DNA from: Eledone cirrhosa
Lineage: Eukaryota
Reading direction: 5' to 3'
Length of the DNA stretch: 64,000 bases
Assembly: GCA_964016885.1 (NCBI GenBank)
Contig: OZ024745.1
Span: 100,936,001 to 101,000,000, forward strand
Part shown: positions 1 through 12,389 of the stretch, piece by piece
How positions within the stretch are numbered: position 1 is the stretch's first letter
Layout: each line of letters starts with the position of its first letter
Program-made: the position numbers and the translations under genes
The notes under the pieces: generated by a model
The model's input: the letters and a program-made list of their open reading frames with translations, nothing else
What the model was told of the DNA's origin: nothing
Databases searched by the model: none

Positions 1-91
1 ACTGGTTCCTATTACCCACTCTACTACCTCAAGTATTGAGTACTTTGGTGCGTTATGGTCCACCTGGTTCCTTACCACATTTCCTTCGTTA
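1..91 (+). mobile_element. Tail fragment of the fold-back (half-hammerhead) Penelope-like short element family
   Basis: Closely matches 4221-4305 and the reverse complement of 8578-8662, including GTATTGAGTAC at 33-43; ends in (TA)n. Truncated by the window edge. Confidence 0.75.
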
Positions 92-241
92 TATATATAT
101 ATATATATATATAAGTAGAAGTTGTATTTAATTTGTTGGAAGTCCGACAAACAAAAATGTTTATAACTGATTTAGAGCACTCAACAGTTTACTGGAGTAA
201 GTATTCAATGATATTAAATTTTAAATTCAGTCAAAACCAGT

Positions 242-583
242 GATAATATATTTAACTATGTAAGTGCAACTTCTACAGTATTTAAAAGTCGTTGGAATAA
301 TCAGAAATGCTCTTTCCAAAGACTTGATAAATAATCTTCAACTTCTCTTTCAAACTTGATATGGAACTTAAAATGCAAGAATATAGACTATTCATTAACT
401 TTGGAAATAATTTCGAAAGCACCCGCATACCGAAACACAGCTTTATCTAGATTTTACAAATTGTGTGTTGAGGAAATTTTCTTCATACTTAAATGTAAGA
501 ACTCTATTAATGTAAGGACGAATTTATTTAGTTCTTGTAGACATCGCCTGAATTCAACATTTAGAACTATATATAAATTATAA
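242..583 (+). pseudogene. Degenerate GIY-YIG endonuclease domain of a Penelope-like element
   Basis: Reads YVSATSTVFKSRWNNQKCSF..*..STSLSNLIWNLK..YSLTLEII..AY..KLCVEE..IL...INVRTNLFSSCRH. This follows the PLE GIY-YIG pattern (YxGxT..FKxR..H..SF..TxLS..IWxLK..CxLC..E..LNxRxE..CRH). One in-frame stop. Confidence 0.8.
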
Positions 584-1726
584 TTACACTTATAATATTT
601 CTACTTATTTCCATAACAATCTTATCCACTGTTTTAATATATTGTTATCTCTAAATTATATCTATAATATTTGCTATAATTTCACTTCTTAAAGTTTCTT
701 AAAATATATACATATATGATCCTAATTTTTAAATTTTAATTTTTAATTTTAATTTTAATTTTAATATTTTTTAATTCTTTATTTTTTTATTTTTTATTTC
801 TTAAATTTTTTATATATTTTTTTAAATTACTTACTTTTTTTAAATTACTTATTTTTTTTAAAATTACTTATCTCTTATGAATTATTTTAAAAAAATGTTC
901 CCGAATTTTTAATATTTTTTAATAAAAATGTTTAATATCTTTTATTAGATTTATAACCACTAATTCAGGCTAAGTATATCTTTCAACATTTATATCTTTA
1001 ACATTTATACTTATTTTGACAAATTAGTCTCATACTAACGAATAAATAAACAAAACTGGAGTTTTTTCCGTATCTTCCCATTTTAAAATATATAAATATA
1101 AATATTCTTATTAACTCAGTTAACTTAATTTAATTTAACTTAATATTTACTTACATTAAATATAAACCAATATCCCTCATAACTCATTAAAACAATTATC
1201 TATAACACGATATACCCATCTATCCATTTATTTATCTATTTATCTATTTATCTATTTATCTATTTATTGATTTATTTTTCTATTTATTTTTCTATCTATT
1301 TTTCTATCTATTTATTTTTCTATCAATTTTTCTATCTATTTATTTTTCTATCTACTTATAACAGTAAATATTATATTAGAAAAGAATTTTAACAACTAAT
1401 TAATCGTAAATACACGTACCATTAGTAGATATATACTTAAAATATATTCCCCCAAATTAACGTTACATAAGTTCTATTCATCCTCTTGTTAATTTCTTCT
1501 CTCTATCTCTCTCGTAATATTTTTTATTTTTTCTCTCTCTCTCTATTTTCTCTCTCTTTCTCCAGTGTCATTTAAATAAACGGTTGTTTTTCAATTATTT
1601 ACATATTCATTTGCATATTCACACATAAGTTTGAATAATCCCTAATATATTTCCACTATCCAGTGAATTTCCAACCGATAAGGTATGATTTTCATGGGTA
1701 TGTCTTTATTTATAAAACAAACTTTG

Positions 1727-1791
1727 TATTTTATCTGATGAAAGCGTACCAATGTTGTCTTGGTTGCCCTTGAAATATATATAATAAAATA
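1727..1791 (+). ncRNA. Minimal type I hammerhead ribozyme (family A)
   Basis: Stem I TATTTTAT/ATAAAATA; core CTGATGA (1735-1741); stem II AAG..ACCA/TGGT..CTT; GAAA (1772-1775); palindromic stem III TATATA; UA cleavage site after 1783. Confidence 0.85.
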
Positions 1792-1831
1792 AATATGGTT
1801 TTATAAATATAGTTTCCATTTATTAAATATA

Positions 1832-1883
<52 letters not shown>

Positions 1884-1947
1884 CAGTATCATACCCTGTT
1901 TCATAATAGTGGCGTATATGGAGGCATATACAATAAGTTTATGTATA

Positions 1948-2024
<77 letters not shown>

Positions 2025-2433
2025 TTGCTTTGTGGGTTTTAAGCTGTAATCATGTCACAACTACCTCAGTAGTTTCAGAAAGTTTTATTCATCATCTGTG
2101 ACTTTTGTTCCTCGAGTATTGAGACAAGAATATGCTATAGCTTATATAGTTATTGCTTAGAAAACATCTGCTGGAGACGTTCCTTTACATACAGTAAGTG
2201 CTTAATTAGCTGGATTTAATAAGGTAATCTGTAGTCAGAATAGTTGTGACACGGTGTGTAATAAAGCTAGCCCACCGAAACCCCCTGATTTTCCACATAG
2301 ATTTTCTATTCACAAATTCGTTTCCAAAGTTTGAGGCAATTTAATATAGATACACATATCTGGCTCCTTGGCAATGTACATAAAATATAAGAGATATAAC
2401 AAAATCCAGTTTTCATTAAAATATATATTAGAC

Positions 2434-2590
2434 AGGCGGCGAATTGGCAGAGTCGTTAGAACGTCGGATAGAATGCCCTGTGGTATTCGTCCCGGCTCTC
2501 CTCTCTCTGAGTTCAAATCCCGCCGAGGTCAACTTTGCCTTTCATCCTTTCACGGTCGATAAAACAAATTACTGGGATCGATTCTTCCTC
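2434..2590 (+). mobile_element. tRNA-derived SINE (Octopus-type, Meta-domain-like core)
   Basis: A-box-like TGGCAGAGTCG, B-box GAGTTCAAATCC, core CTTTGCCTTTCATCC..GGTCGATAAAA. Many related copies in the window. Confidence 0.8.
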
Positions 2591-3235
2591 TATATCTCTT
2601 TCTCATTTCCTCTCTCTCTCTTACTTTCTCTGGAAGAAATCTGTTGTACTCGGGCCTGGAGGGGGATGCGCTGCTCATGGCTTACAAATGTTTAAGAAAT
2701 GCCGTGTGTCAATACGGTACTCCTACGACTATCAGGAGTTACGGGACCATACTATGCCATACATATTTAGACAACTCACATTTACACATGCGCACGCACC
2801 CAACACACACGCACAACTATGCCTATTATATATAATATAAAGTGTTTTCCTTAATTTGGTAAATGTTGACGGAGCCCCTGGTTATTTACCGTGGCCTTCA
2901 AATTTCGTAATCGGTGTTGCTGGAGGTTGTGTAAAAAATCCCTCCCCAAAGTGTTATATAGTGGGATTGAAAACGGAATCTCATGATTGAGAACGCGAAA
3001 TTTTAGAAAACTGACTGATGTTGTTTTTAATGCTGACTGAAGATGGCAAAGTAGAAAACATACCTTATTGACATTCAGAGTTCAAACACCACCCAAGATG
3101 ACTATATGTTTCACTAGCTGGTCCCATGCCGTCAAAAATGTCGGCTAATTGTAATATGTATACATAATATAAAAAAAGTGATGTTTGTTTGCTAGTTGGT
3201 TCCTTCACGCTCACTCACACAAGTAATACAAACAT

Positions 3236-3545
3236 TTCTCAATCGACGTTATCACCCCTTCATTCCTAAGCCGACGTTGTCACCCATTCGTTTCTCAGTC
3301 GACGTTATCATCCCTTCCTTTCTCAGTCGACGTTATCATCCCTTCATTCCTAAGTCGACGTTATCACCCCTTCGTTTCTCAGTCGATGTTATCACTCTTT
3401 CCTTTCTCAGTCGACTTTATCACTCCTTTCTTACTCAGTCGACGTTATCACCCCTTCTTTCCAAAGGCGACTTTATCACCCCTTCCTTTCTCAGTCGTCG
3501 TTATTACCCCTTCCTTTCTCAGTTTACCATCACCCCTTCTTCGTC
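3236..3545. repeat. ~29 bp minisatellite, about 10 copies
   Basis: Repeated GTCGACGTTATCACCCCTTCCTTTCTCA-like unit. Confidence 0.9.
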
Positions 3546-4000
3546 AGTCACCTCTTGTGACGGACAAAAACACAAGGGTATCATATATTAGTGAATGCTT
3601 CGGGGAAATCGATAAAATAAGCAGCAGTCAATTACTGAGTCAATGGACGTGCCTCATTCTGAGCAAAGTTCGTTGACTAAAAGTAGAAAATGATAAAGAA
3701 TTCAGGCTCGTATATAGATGGAGTAAAAACAGATATGTCGTCTTTAAAGTACGATGTTAAAAATAGAGACACTAAACGAAGTAGTATTTATCTAAATTAT
3801 TAATAGTTACTAGTAGAACAATTTAGCAAAGACCGACAGAGAAGAAATGAGTATTGTATGAACTGATAAAATCAAATAAACGCTTGTCTGTACATATTTA
3901 TACAAGTAATAAAAATGCTATAATTGTGTACACGTGTGAATATAACTAGACGTTTATAAATCTAGTTATGAGGAAACATTCACATTTTTTTTAGATAAAT

Positions 4001-4045
<45 letters not shown>

Positions 4046-4059
4046 TCCCACACACACGC

Positions 4060-4104
<45 letters not shown>

Positions 4105-4109
<5 letters not shown>

Positions 4110-4303
4110 AAAATGTATGACCCCGACGGCAGAGCTCAAGCCGTTTCGACGGCTATTTCTGGAAATAGTCCAGAAATAGCAGTTGAAATGGCTTGAGCTC
4201 TGCCGTCGAGGTCATACATTTTCCTATTACCCAATCTACTACCCTAAGTATTGAGTACTCTGGTGCGTTATGGTCCATCTGGTTCCTTACCACAACTCTT
4301 TCG

Positions 4304-4305
<2 letters not shown>
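4105..4305 (+). mobile_element. Fold-back short element (59 bp inverted arms plus tail), probably derived from a Penelope-like pLTR
   Basis: Inverted repeat 4105-4227 around loop 4164-4168. Arms carry GAAACGGC-loop-GCCGTC. Tail has GTATTGAGTAC. Embedded in (TA)n. Confidence 0.75.
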
Positions 4306-4373
<68 letters not shown>

Positions 4374-4395
4374 TCATTATATATATATATATATA

Positions 4396-4789
4396 TACTC
4401 ATCTTTTTCCATTTATCTGAGGGTTCTAAACCCCATTATCAGACTAAAATTTCTTTAGTAAAAAATACGGTGAAAGCTATTCTATTTTCTAATATCAAAC
4501 CTGCTCACTGTTTCAAAACATACTTACTTGTCATTTATACTCGCTAAGAATGTAGCTTCTAATTTGAATGGAAGGCGATGGGTGATGTGTTGGTGTAATG
4601 GTAGCACAGTGGTCTGGATAACCAAAGATGTGGGTCCGACTCCCATGTACGTCAATACTCATCTTTTTTCCATTTATCTGAGGGTTCTAAACCCCATTAT
4701 CAGGCTAAAATTTCTTTAATCAAAAATACGGTGAAAGCTATTCTATTTCCTAATTTCAAACCTGCTCACTGTTTCAAAACATACTTACT

Positions 4790-4791
<2 letters not shown>
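4396..4791 (+). mobile_element. Terminally redundant short element (135 bp direct repeats, 260 bp unit) containing a tRNA-like cloverleaf
   Basis: Direct repeats 4396-4530 and 4656-4791 are highly similar; (TA)n on both sides. Confidence 0.7.
4584..4654 (+). ncRNA. tRNA-like structure (not a canonical tRNA gene)
   Basis: Acceptor GATGTGT/GTACGTC with G.U pairs; D-arm TGGTGTAATGGTAGCAC (tRNA-Gln-like A box); anticodon arm TGGT-CTGGATA-ACCA; T-arm GTGGG-TCCGACT-CCCAT (B box with one change). Confidence 0.65.
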
Positions 4792-4829
<38 letters not shown>

Positions 4830-5065
4830 TTCTCTCAAGTCTGTCTCAACACAGGAGGCCCGACTAAGAGTATCAAACTTCTCTACTGGACAGTAAGCCA
4901 GTCCATCGCAGTCAATAAACCCCCGAGTTATTGCTGGTACTCCTTTTCAGCTGAGTATACTGGAGCAACGTGAAATGAAGTGTTTTACAACCCAGTCAAG
5001 GAATCTAACCCACGACATTATGATCGTAGGTCCAACACCCTAAACGCTAGACCCCGCGCCTCCAC
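4830..5065 (-). mobile_element. tRNA-derived SINE, second family (decayed)
   Basis: CTGGAGCAACGTGAAATGAAGTGT is the reverse complement of the ACACTTTATTTCACGTTGCTCCAG core at 47369-47392; decayed tRNA head at the right end. Confidence 0.6.
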
Positions 5066-6999
5066 GTAGATATATGCGTGTGTGGAATTGTTTCTGCGTT
5101 CGTATAGATATATGTGTGTGTGTATTTGTTTCTGTGCGTGCGTGACCGCGAGTTGGTGTATTTTGTAAGGTAATAAAATAAAACAGCGTGAAAACATTCC
5201 AATATTGGTGACATTGTAGCATTAGTTGTATTTAATAATGATGTTGGAGGTGGCGGTGGTGGTCATGTAGACGGTGGCAATTGGACTGATGCTGGGTATT
5301 ATGATGTCATAACTTTCTCATTTCAGTGCATTTCTCGGTATATTGCTTCTTTCACATTTACATGAACATATAGCTAGACCTCATTAACAGCAACCAACTC
5401 TGTGCAGTGAAATCAAAACCTTTACGGCAAATGTACTATAGAAACTAGCTTTTGATTAAATGCCATAACTATAGAACGACTAACTCTTACGTAACTATAG
5501 ATATTTGCTTACACACATTAACAGCTCGATAAATGAAATAACTGTCGTGGTTTAATTAAGAAAACTGTATGAAACATATCAGATTATATTGATTTCATAC
5601 ATGGGTAAAAGAAACGTCTGATATTTTAGTGAGGGTGAATAGTTTATTACATTGCCTCCAATTATTTGACTAGTACTTATTTTATCAACTCCAGAGGGAT
5701 GAAAGGCAAAGTAAATTTCCATGTGCTCTCCGTATTTTGCTAAACACAAATCATCCTGATATTTACTTATAGTTGTGATCATTAACTGAGGATCAATTCA
5801 GAAAGATCTTGTATTGATAACATGATATTATACTGCGGAAAACTGATTAGCTTCTGCCTAATCAATACTAATTACATCTAGGACTTTTCCCACTCTCACC
5901 AAAATGATTTTTGTTATTTATTAAATTATTCCTTTATTTGGTTTTTACCGATATTATATTACAACAATTTTGCTATTTATATGGACTTCAGCGTAACGCT
6001 GCCACACAGATAATACCATATTCTTTTTTCGTCAATTTTGTATAGCTATCACAGTTAAGACCATTATATATACGGTACAAAAGACAAAAATGGAACTATG
6101 TCGGTTCCACGATAAGTGTTTGAATCATTTTGGTCTACGAAACGAACGGTTATGAAATTAACTGAGTATTGTGTAAGGTGGCTGAGTATTCCGCAGAATT
6201 GCGTACCTTTAATGTGACTCTCCAGAAGAACCTGCCTGACACAGTGAATAACATGGTGAGCTCTTTGAATTACAGGTCACTCCTCAGTCCATCTAACGTG
6301 GTTCTTAATTTCTGTCGACCAGATTTCACTAACAAATCCTGGGTCGACCTAAGGCTATCGTGAAAGACACTTGTCCAACAGCTACGCAGTAGGATTGAAC
6401 ACGGAACCTCATGGTTGTCAGGTGAATTTGTTTTAAAGAGTAAGTTCTCATTAATCGAAGGTTAAGACATTTCTTTTTTCCTTTTTTAAATGTTAGTTCT
6501 AATCTCTAAAGTTGACCTCTAAATCCTTTTAAGCAAGGATATGTCACTACTCTCGAATTTGTAATAATAACTACACTTTCGATTACAATTATAGAAGATG
6601 TCATTATTTGTTACCTAATGCTTGAAATATTTTTCAATGCAAATATTTCCGTGAGTTGGTCCTGAAAAGGAATTAGACTGATATAGCTATCATAACTAAA
6701 CCACACAAGAGCTTGACTAAACCACACAAAAAATTGACTGTCAAGTAACAAACTATAAAGCTACCTTTATTTTAAATAAAGAAAAAAAATTAGCCGTTAC
6801 AATATCTTCTTTCTCCTCTTCAACCTCTACTACCACAACTTCAGCTCCACAGATCAAGCCGTGTAAATCATCCCGTCCTCACTCACTTGATAATAGGACT
6901 AACTAAACCTACATATGTGTGCGCTGTAACAACAACTATTCACATGTATATCACCAGCCAAATCTCACACAGAACTATATATTTCATAATTAGCAATTG

Positions 7000-7400
7000 A
7001 ATACTTATGAAGGCCCTGCCCACGTCTATTCTAAGTTCGCTGATGGTTAATGAGATCAATATAGGAGAGACAGACCCGACTGGAAGAGGAATTCTGTTCT
7101 GGGCTTGGAGTTGCTGTGCTACGTTTGTTCACCCGACGATTTGGGGGCTTAACATCAGCTTTGCGAGCATTCTCAAACAAAGAAGCAGACTGGAGGATGG
7201 TATGTCACCAGGTCACATAATCAGAAGTCACATTAGACTATTGTCAATTGTCCATGTGGTATGCGTGAAGGGATTTCTTCAAAGAAACCTTGTACTTTTT
7301 TCCAGCATCCCTCTATTACGGTCAGTGGAGAGTTCTCTAAAAATACCAATCTTGGACAGGCCTGATTTTCCACCCTGAAAATATACTCTGCGCACCTTCA
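7000..7400 (-). mobile_element. Decayed 3' end of an RTE-clade LINE
   Basis: Minus-strand frames piece together LSKI..ELSTDR.RG..KK, VTW.HTILQSASLFENARK and RVCLSYIDLINHQRT, resembling the RTE/BovB C-terminus with a terminal C2H2-like finger. Several frameshifts and stops. Confidence 0.6.
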
Positions 7401-8426
7401 TATTTAAAATCAGGGCCTCGGTTTAGTTTCAAAATTCCATGGCCATAATGGTTTTGAAATACGTTTGACGAGAGCAAGTTTTGCAGTTATTACATTTAAG
7501 GACAAAAAGATATTATTTGTGAATTTGTGTGCGCGCGTGTTTGGTTTTTAGTTTAAATTAGTTCTATTCTATCAGACTTGCGACAATAAGACTATAGTTG
7601 TGACAATTGCGTCTTATTATTTTGGTTTCTGTTTTCAGGCAGTAGAATATGCAATGAGAGATTCGGCTGCTATTTCTAGCGGGACGATAAACCACTCACA
7701 CCATACTCTCTCTGTCTCTTTCTCTCCCTCTTTTACTCCCTCTTTCACTCACACACACAATCCACACACACGCACACATACATACACACACGTGTACGTA
7801 TGTGTGTGTGTGTGTAGGGGAGGAATCATACAATATAAAGTGTTTAAATTTCAATACGATATATACTTTTATCAGCAATATCTACCAGATGCACACACAG
7901 ACATCGTATCTCATCGTCTATTCCAGCGTCTTAAGTTCTGCAAATGTTCTCTATTTATATAGGTCTTTCTTAAAAGGTCTGTTATATTGAAAGATTCTAT
8001 TGATGGGAGATGATCAGTTCTTTTGAAAATCTCAGCTGGAAGAAATAATCTTGCTTTCTCTTTCAGGTTTATAAAGGATAGCGAGAAATTGAAAGACACT
8101 TGCACACGTATACACACAGATAAACTCATACAAAAGCTTACGTGCATGCACACAGACACATACACACAAAGGGGCAGGCGTAAAGACGAAGTTAGGAGAA
8201 GGAAGAGTCACTTTGGGGTTATAGAATTGGGTGGAAAGAGTGGGAGAAAAATTGTGTCAAGTAGTTATGTCTTTCTTTATCAGTTCAAGATGAAATAAAC
8301 TTATTTGCTTTACTGAAATTTACGACAATCATCATACGTTATGGACAGATCTGTTCACTTTAGTCCTTACCAATCAATTTAACCTTACTATCCGAGTCTG
8401 TGCGCCTGTCTGACTATTTTTTTGTG

Positions 8427-8472
<46 letters not shown>

Positions 8473-8527
8473 TCATGGATGTGTATATGTATGTACATAT
8501 ACAGATAAGTACCCACTCACACAGACA

Positions 8528-8577
<50 letters not shown>

Positions 8578-8580
<3 letters not shown>

Positions 8581-8776
8581 CGAAGGAAATGTGGAAGGAA
8601 CCAGATGGACCATAACGCACCAAAGTACTCAATACTTAGTGTAGTAGAGTGGGTAATAGGAATGAGTAGGACCCCGACGGCTGAGCTCAAGCCGTTTCGA
8701 CGGCCAATTCTGGACGCAATGTCCAGAATTAGCTGTCGAAACGGCTTGAGCTCAGCCGTCGGGGTCCTACTCGTTC

Positions 8777-8780
<4 letters not shown>
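8578..8780 (-). mobile_element. Fold-back short element, second complete copy of the 4105-4305 family
   Basis: Inverted repeat 8656-8780 around loop 8716-8720; tail 8578-8655 is the reverse complement of 4228-4305; in (TA)n. Confidence 0.75.
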
Positions 8781-8859
<79 letters not shown>

Positions 8860-8910
8860 AGTGCGTATGTATGTGTGTACGTGTACTTATGTGTATATGT
8901 ACATGCATAT

Positions 8911-9035
<125 letters not shown>

Positions 9036-9146
9036 AGACCTCGAGATGAGATGGTCTCCGGCCTGTTTAAAAGTGCCCAAGGAACGCCGTATATCAATAT
9101 GGCGCCCCTACGACTCCATCAGAAGTTACGTGTCCATACACACACA

Positions 9147-9189
<43 letters not shown>

Positions 9190-9626
9190 ATACACACACA
9201 CATATTTGCACACAATCAGACCTATATATATATATATATATATCCATGGTGACATGTATCATAAACATACATTTGTGAGCATGTCCCTCTCTATAAGTAT
9301 GTATTTCATTCTTTATCGGGATTATGTATTGCAGTAAGGAGACATGTGTTCATTCAATTACGTAGAGTAATAAATAAGAGAAAGAGAGGCGGAGAGAGAG
9401 GGGAAGAGAGGGGGAGAGAGAGAAAGAGAGGGAGGGATAGAGGGGCTAGAGAGAGAAGGAGAAGGGGACGATATTCTAAAAGAAAATGAAAAGGAAAATG
9501 ACAGTGGTAAAATTACATGTACTCACACGTCCCCTTTGTCTCTCTTTCATACATATATACATATATACATACTTACATACAGTGTATGTCATGCTGAATC
9601 TCCCTGAGACTTACGTTATAGATATA

Positions 9627-9657
<31 letters not shown>

Positions 9658-9901
9658 TATGCTTATATACTACATATAGATTATATATATATATATATAT
9701 TATGTGTGTATACGCCCCTTTGTCTCTCTTTCTCTTTCATACATATATACATACTTATATATAAAGATAAATACATACAATCATACATACAGTGTATGTC
9801 ATGCTGAGAATTACGTTATAGATATAATGTATATATATTTACATATATATGCTTATATACTACTTACACATGTATATAGCTTATATATATATATTTATAT
9901 T

Positions 9902-9988
<87 letters not shown>

Positions 9989-10367
9989 ATACATATATAT
10001 ATATTGTATATATATATATTTCATGTATGTATGTATACACGTATCTAAGTATTCATGCATACGCGCGTGTGTGTACATATAAAGAGATATAGTGAGAGAA
10101 AGAAAGACGAAATTTCTTTATATATCTCTATGTACTTATATGTGTATCTATTTTCTTGGTGCTTCAGGGGGGAATAGGCCGGGTGGATTAAAAATATGTC
10201 TATAGCTGTGTGTGTGTGAAAGAGTGTGTAGGGAGATTCCTTGCTAGCAACATGTATCAGACACCGAAATAAATTTCTCATGGAGAGAAATCCAGCATTC
10301 TGAATCTTTCATAAAATATACTGTTTCACAATCAATTGTTATGTGTTTATTTTTGGTGTACGCACTT

Positions 10368-10405
<38 letters not shown>

Positions 10406-12389
10406 ATACTACTACTACTACTTCTGCTACTATAGCCTACCAGATTTCAAAAGACAGAATGAAATTGCAAGTGATTGAAATGAAACGCCTTAAACAAGTG
10501 TGACCCTGAGTACTCGTGAATAAGAATCTGGTGTACTAAACTTGCTATTACTAGGATGTTTTCATCAGATTATAATATTTCATTTATATATATTTATACG
10601 TTTATATTCCTTGCTTTAGGTTTAAGTATCATTTTGTTTTCTTTTGCCGTTGTTATTTGAAATCGCATGGTAATTCTAACCGAGTACTGCTATGATTAAA
10701 TACATTACAGTCATGACCATTCCGTCCTTTTTAAGATGTTTACAGGTCACGAATGCCCATGTGATTTGCAACTAGAAAGTTCCACTCCGAGGAAAATGCC
10801 TGGGTAAGGTTGTATGTGGAAGACAAGGAATTGCCCATGCATACCAGTTTCCTCTCTTAATGATGTTGTTCAAGGGAAAGACAATGGCCAATACAACTTA
10901 GCATCAGTGCCATCACAATTCATTTCTACAGCTGAGTGAACTGAAATAAAATGTCCGAGAATTGAACTTACAATCTCACGATTGTAACCACTAAACCATA
11001 CGCCTTGACAAGCCGTTTATGTAACTACATTATCTAATGTATATTTTCCTTAATCTAGAACGAATTGGTTGGGGGTACGTATAACCAAAAGCATTTCAGG
11101 TTTCACCATCTGTCTCATATTTTTAATTGTTTTCTTTCAAACATAATCTAACAAAGCTGCATAATCCAATGGACTTCTCTCTCTTTTTTTTTATTAGTTG
11201 GTATGATGCGAATTACTGTAGATTTATCTGATATTTCTAATAGATGAGCGACCACGTAGAAGATCCTTCAATATATAAATAAATGGACCTCCGTCGGTGT
11301 TGTCGATGAATGTATCAGTTTTTTTGTCAACTGGTTTTACAGCCTATTGGTTAAATTAACGTGTAAATGATTATCATTCCATCGACATGTATAACATTAA
11401 TGTTGTTCTCAGAAGAACTCAACGTGAGAGAGTGTGACAAAACTGGTCCCTTTGGATTGTAGGTACAGTCGATAGTTCATCCGACGAGGTACCAAACAAT
11501 CTCCCTCTACCCAATTTTACTCATGAGGTTTGGTCAAACATAATGATTTCTGTGAAAAATCAAGTAAGCGGTATTGATAATGCTACGGAGTGAAATCGAA
11601 CGTGGGAATTCATGTATAGGAAAAGGACTTAACCATTCAGCCAAGATGTATTAACAAGAGGAATCTTCACTGTTTATATATCACATCAAGATATTTCTTT
11701 TAAAGATTTAAAATAAATTTAGCTGCTATTTTGTGTGGATCGGACAGCTACATACATTCGGTTGTTGGCTCTTGAATTATCTGATGTTATAGTTTGCAGT
11801 GAGGATTGTTGTTATTTGGCTCTATATTAACTGAGAGTATAAATATGTGTCTCCTACCATAGCCTTGGCTCGAACCAATCTTTGTGGTGGAAATTTGTTG
11901 ATGGAAACTGTGTGAAACCTCTTCGAGATGAACTTTAACGTTCAGGAGTAGTTGTCTTAATCCGTCGTGGAGAGTGACAGAACTATATAACCAGCTGATG
12001 CTTTTAGAGGAATCAACAAGTATTCACACTAAGTCTCAAGTTCGAGGATAACATCTCTTCTTCCCATCAGTCATTGAGACTTTGAAAAGGATCATAGGTG
12101 CTGCCTGTTTCTTTTTCTTCTGACGAACTTATTATAAACAGAAACAAAACACTTAGGGTTTTTCATGTTTTTTTTTTGTGGAAGAAACATAATGCTTGTG
12201 CAATCCAATATCTCAACGCACTCTATGGTTGTTTGCAAACACACGCACACACTCACACACATACATACAAACATACATAATACATACATACATACATACG
12301 TGCTAGAGTTAGTATAAATGTTCGTCTACATATTTTTTATGAATTTATAAAAGGATATTACATTATAAAATAGGTTAGTCAGCACAATC

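Larger units (their letters stand above)
115..1835 (+). mobile_element. 3' remnant of a Penelope-like retroelement (GIY-YIG remnant, AT-rich 3' region, hammerhead-bearing pLTR)
   Basis: Flanked by (TA)n on both sides; GIY-YIG C-terminal remnant at 242-583; hammerhead at 1727-1791; both ends shared with the mini-element at 50524-50739. Confidence 0.7.

Noticed and set aside
4584-4654. Functional tRNA-Ser(GGA) gene
   Set aside because: Short variable arm, TCC instead of TTC in the T-loop, several G.U pairs and no oligo-T terminator directly after; treated as tRNA-like only.
7007-7378. 123 aa plus-strand ORF as a host gene
   Set aside because: It is the antisense of a decayed RTE 3' end.
9036-9136. 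GC-rich insert in (TA)n with CTGATGG and a hairpin on the minus strand
   Set aside because: No GAAA/stem III/stem I arrangement could be completed.
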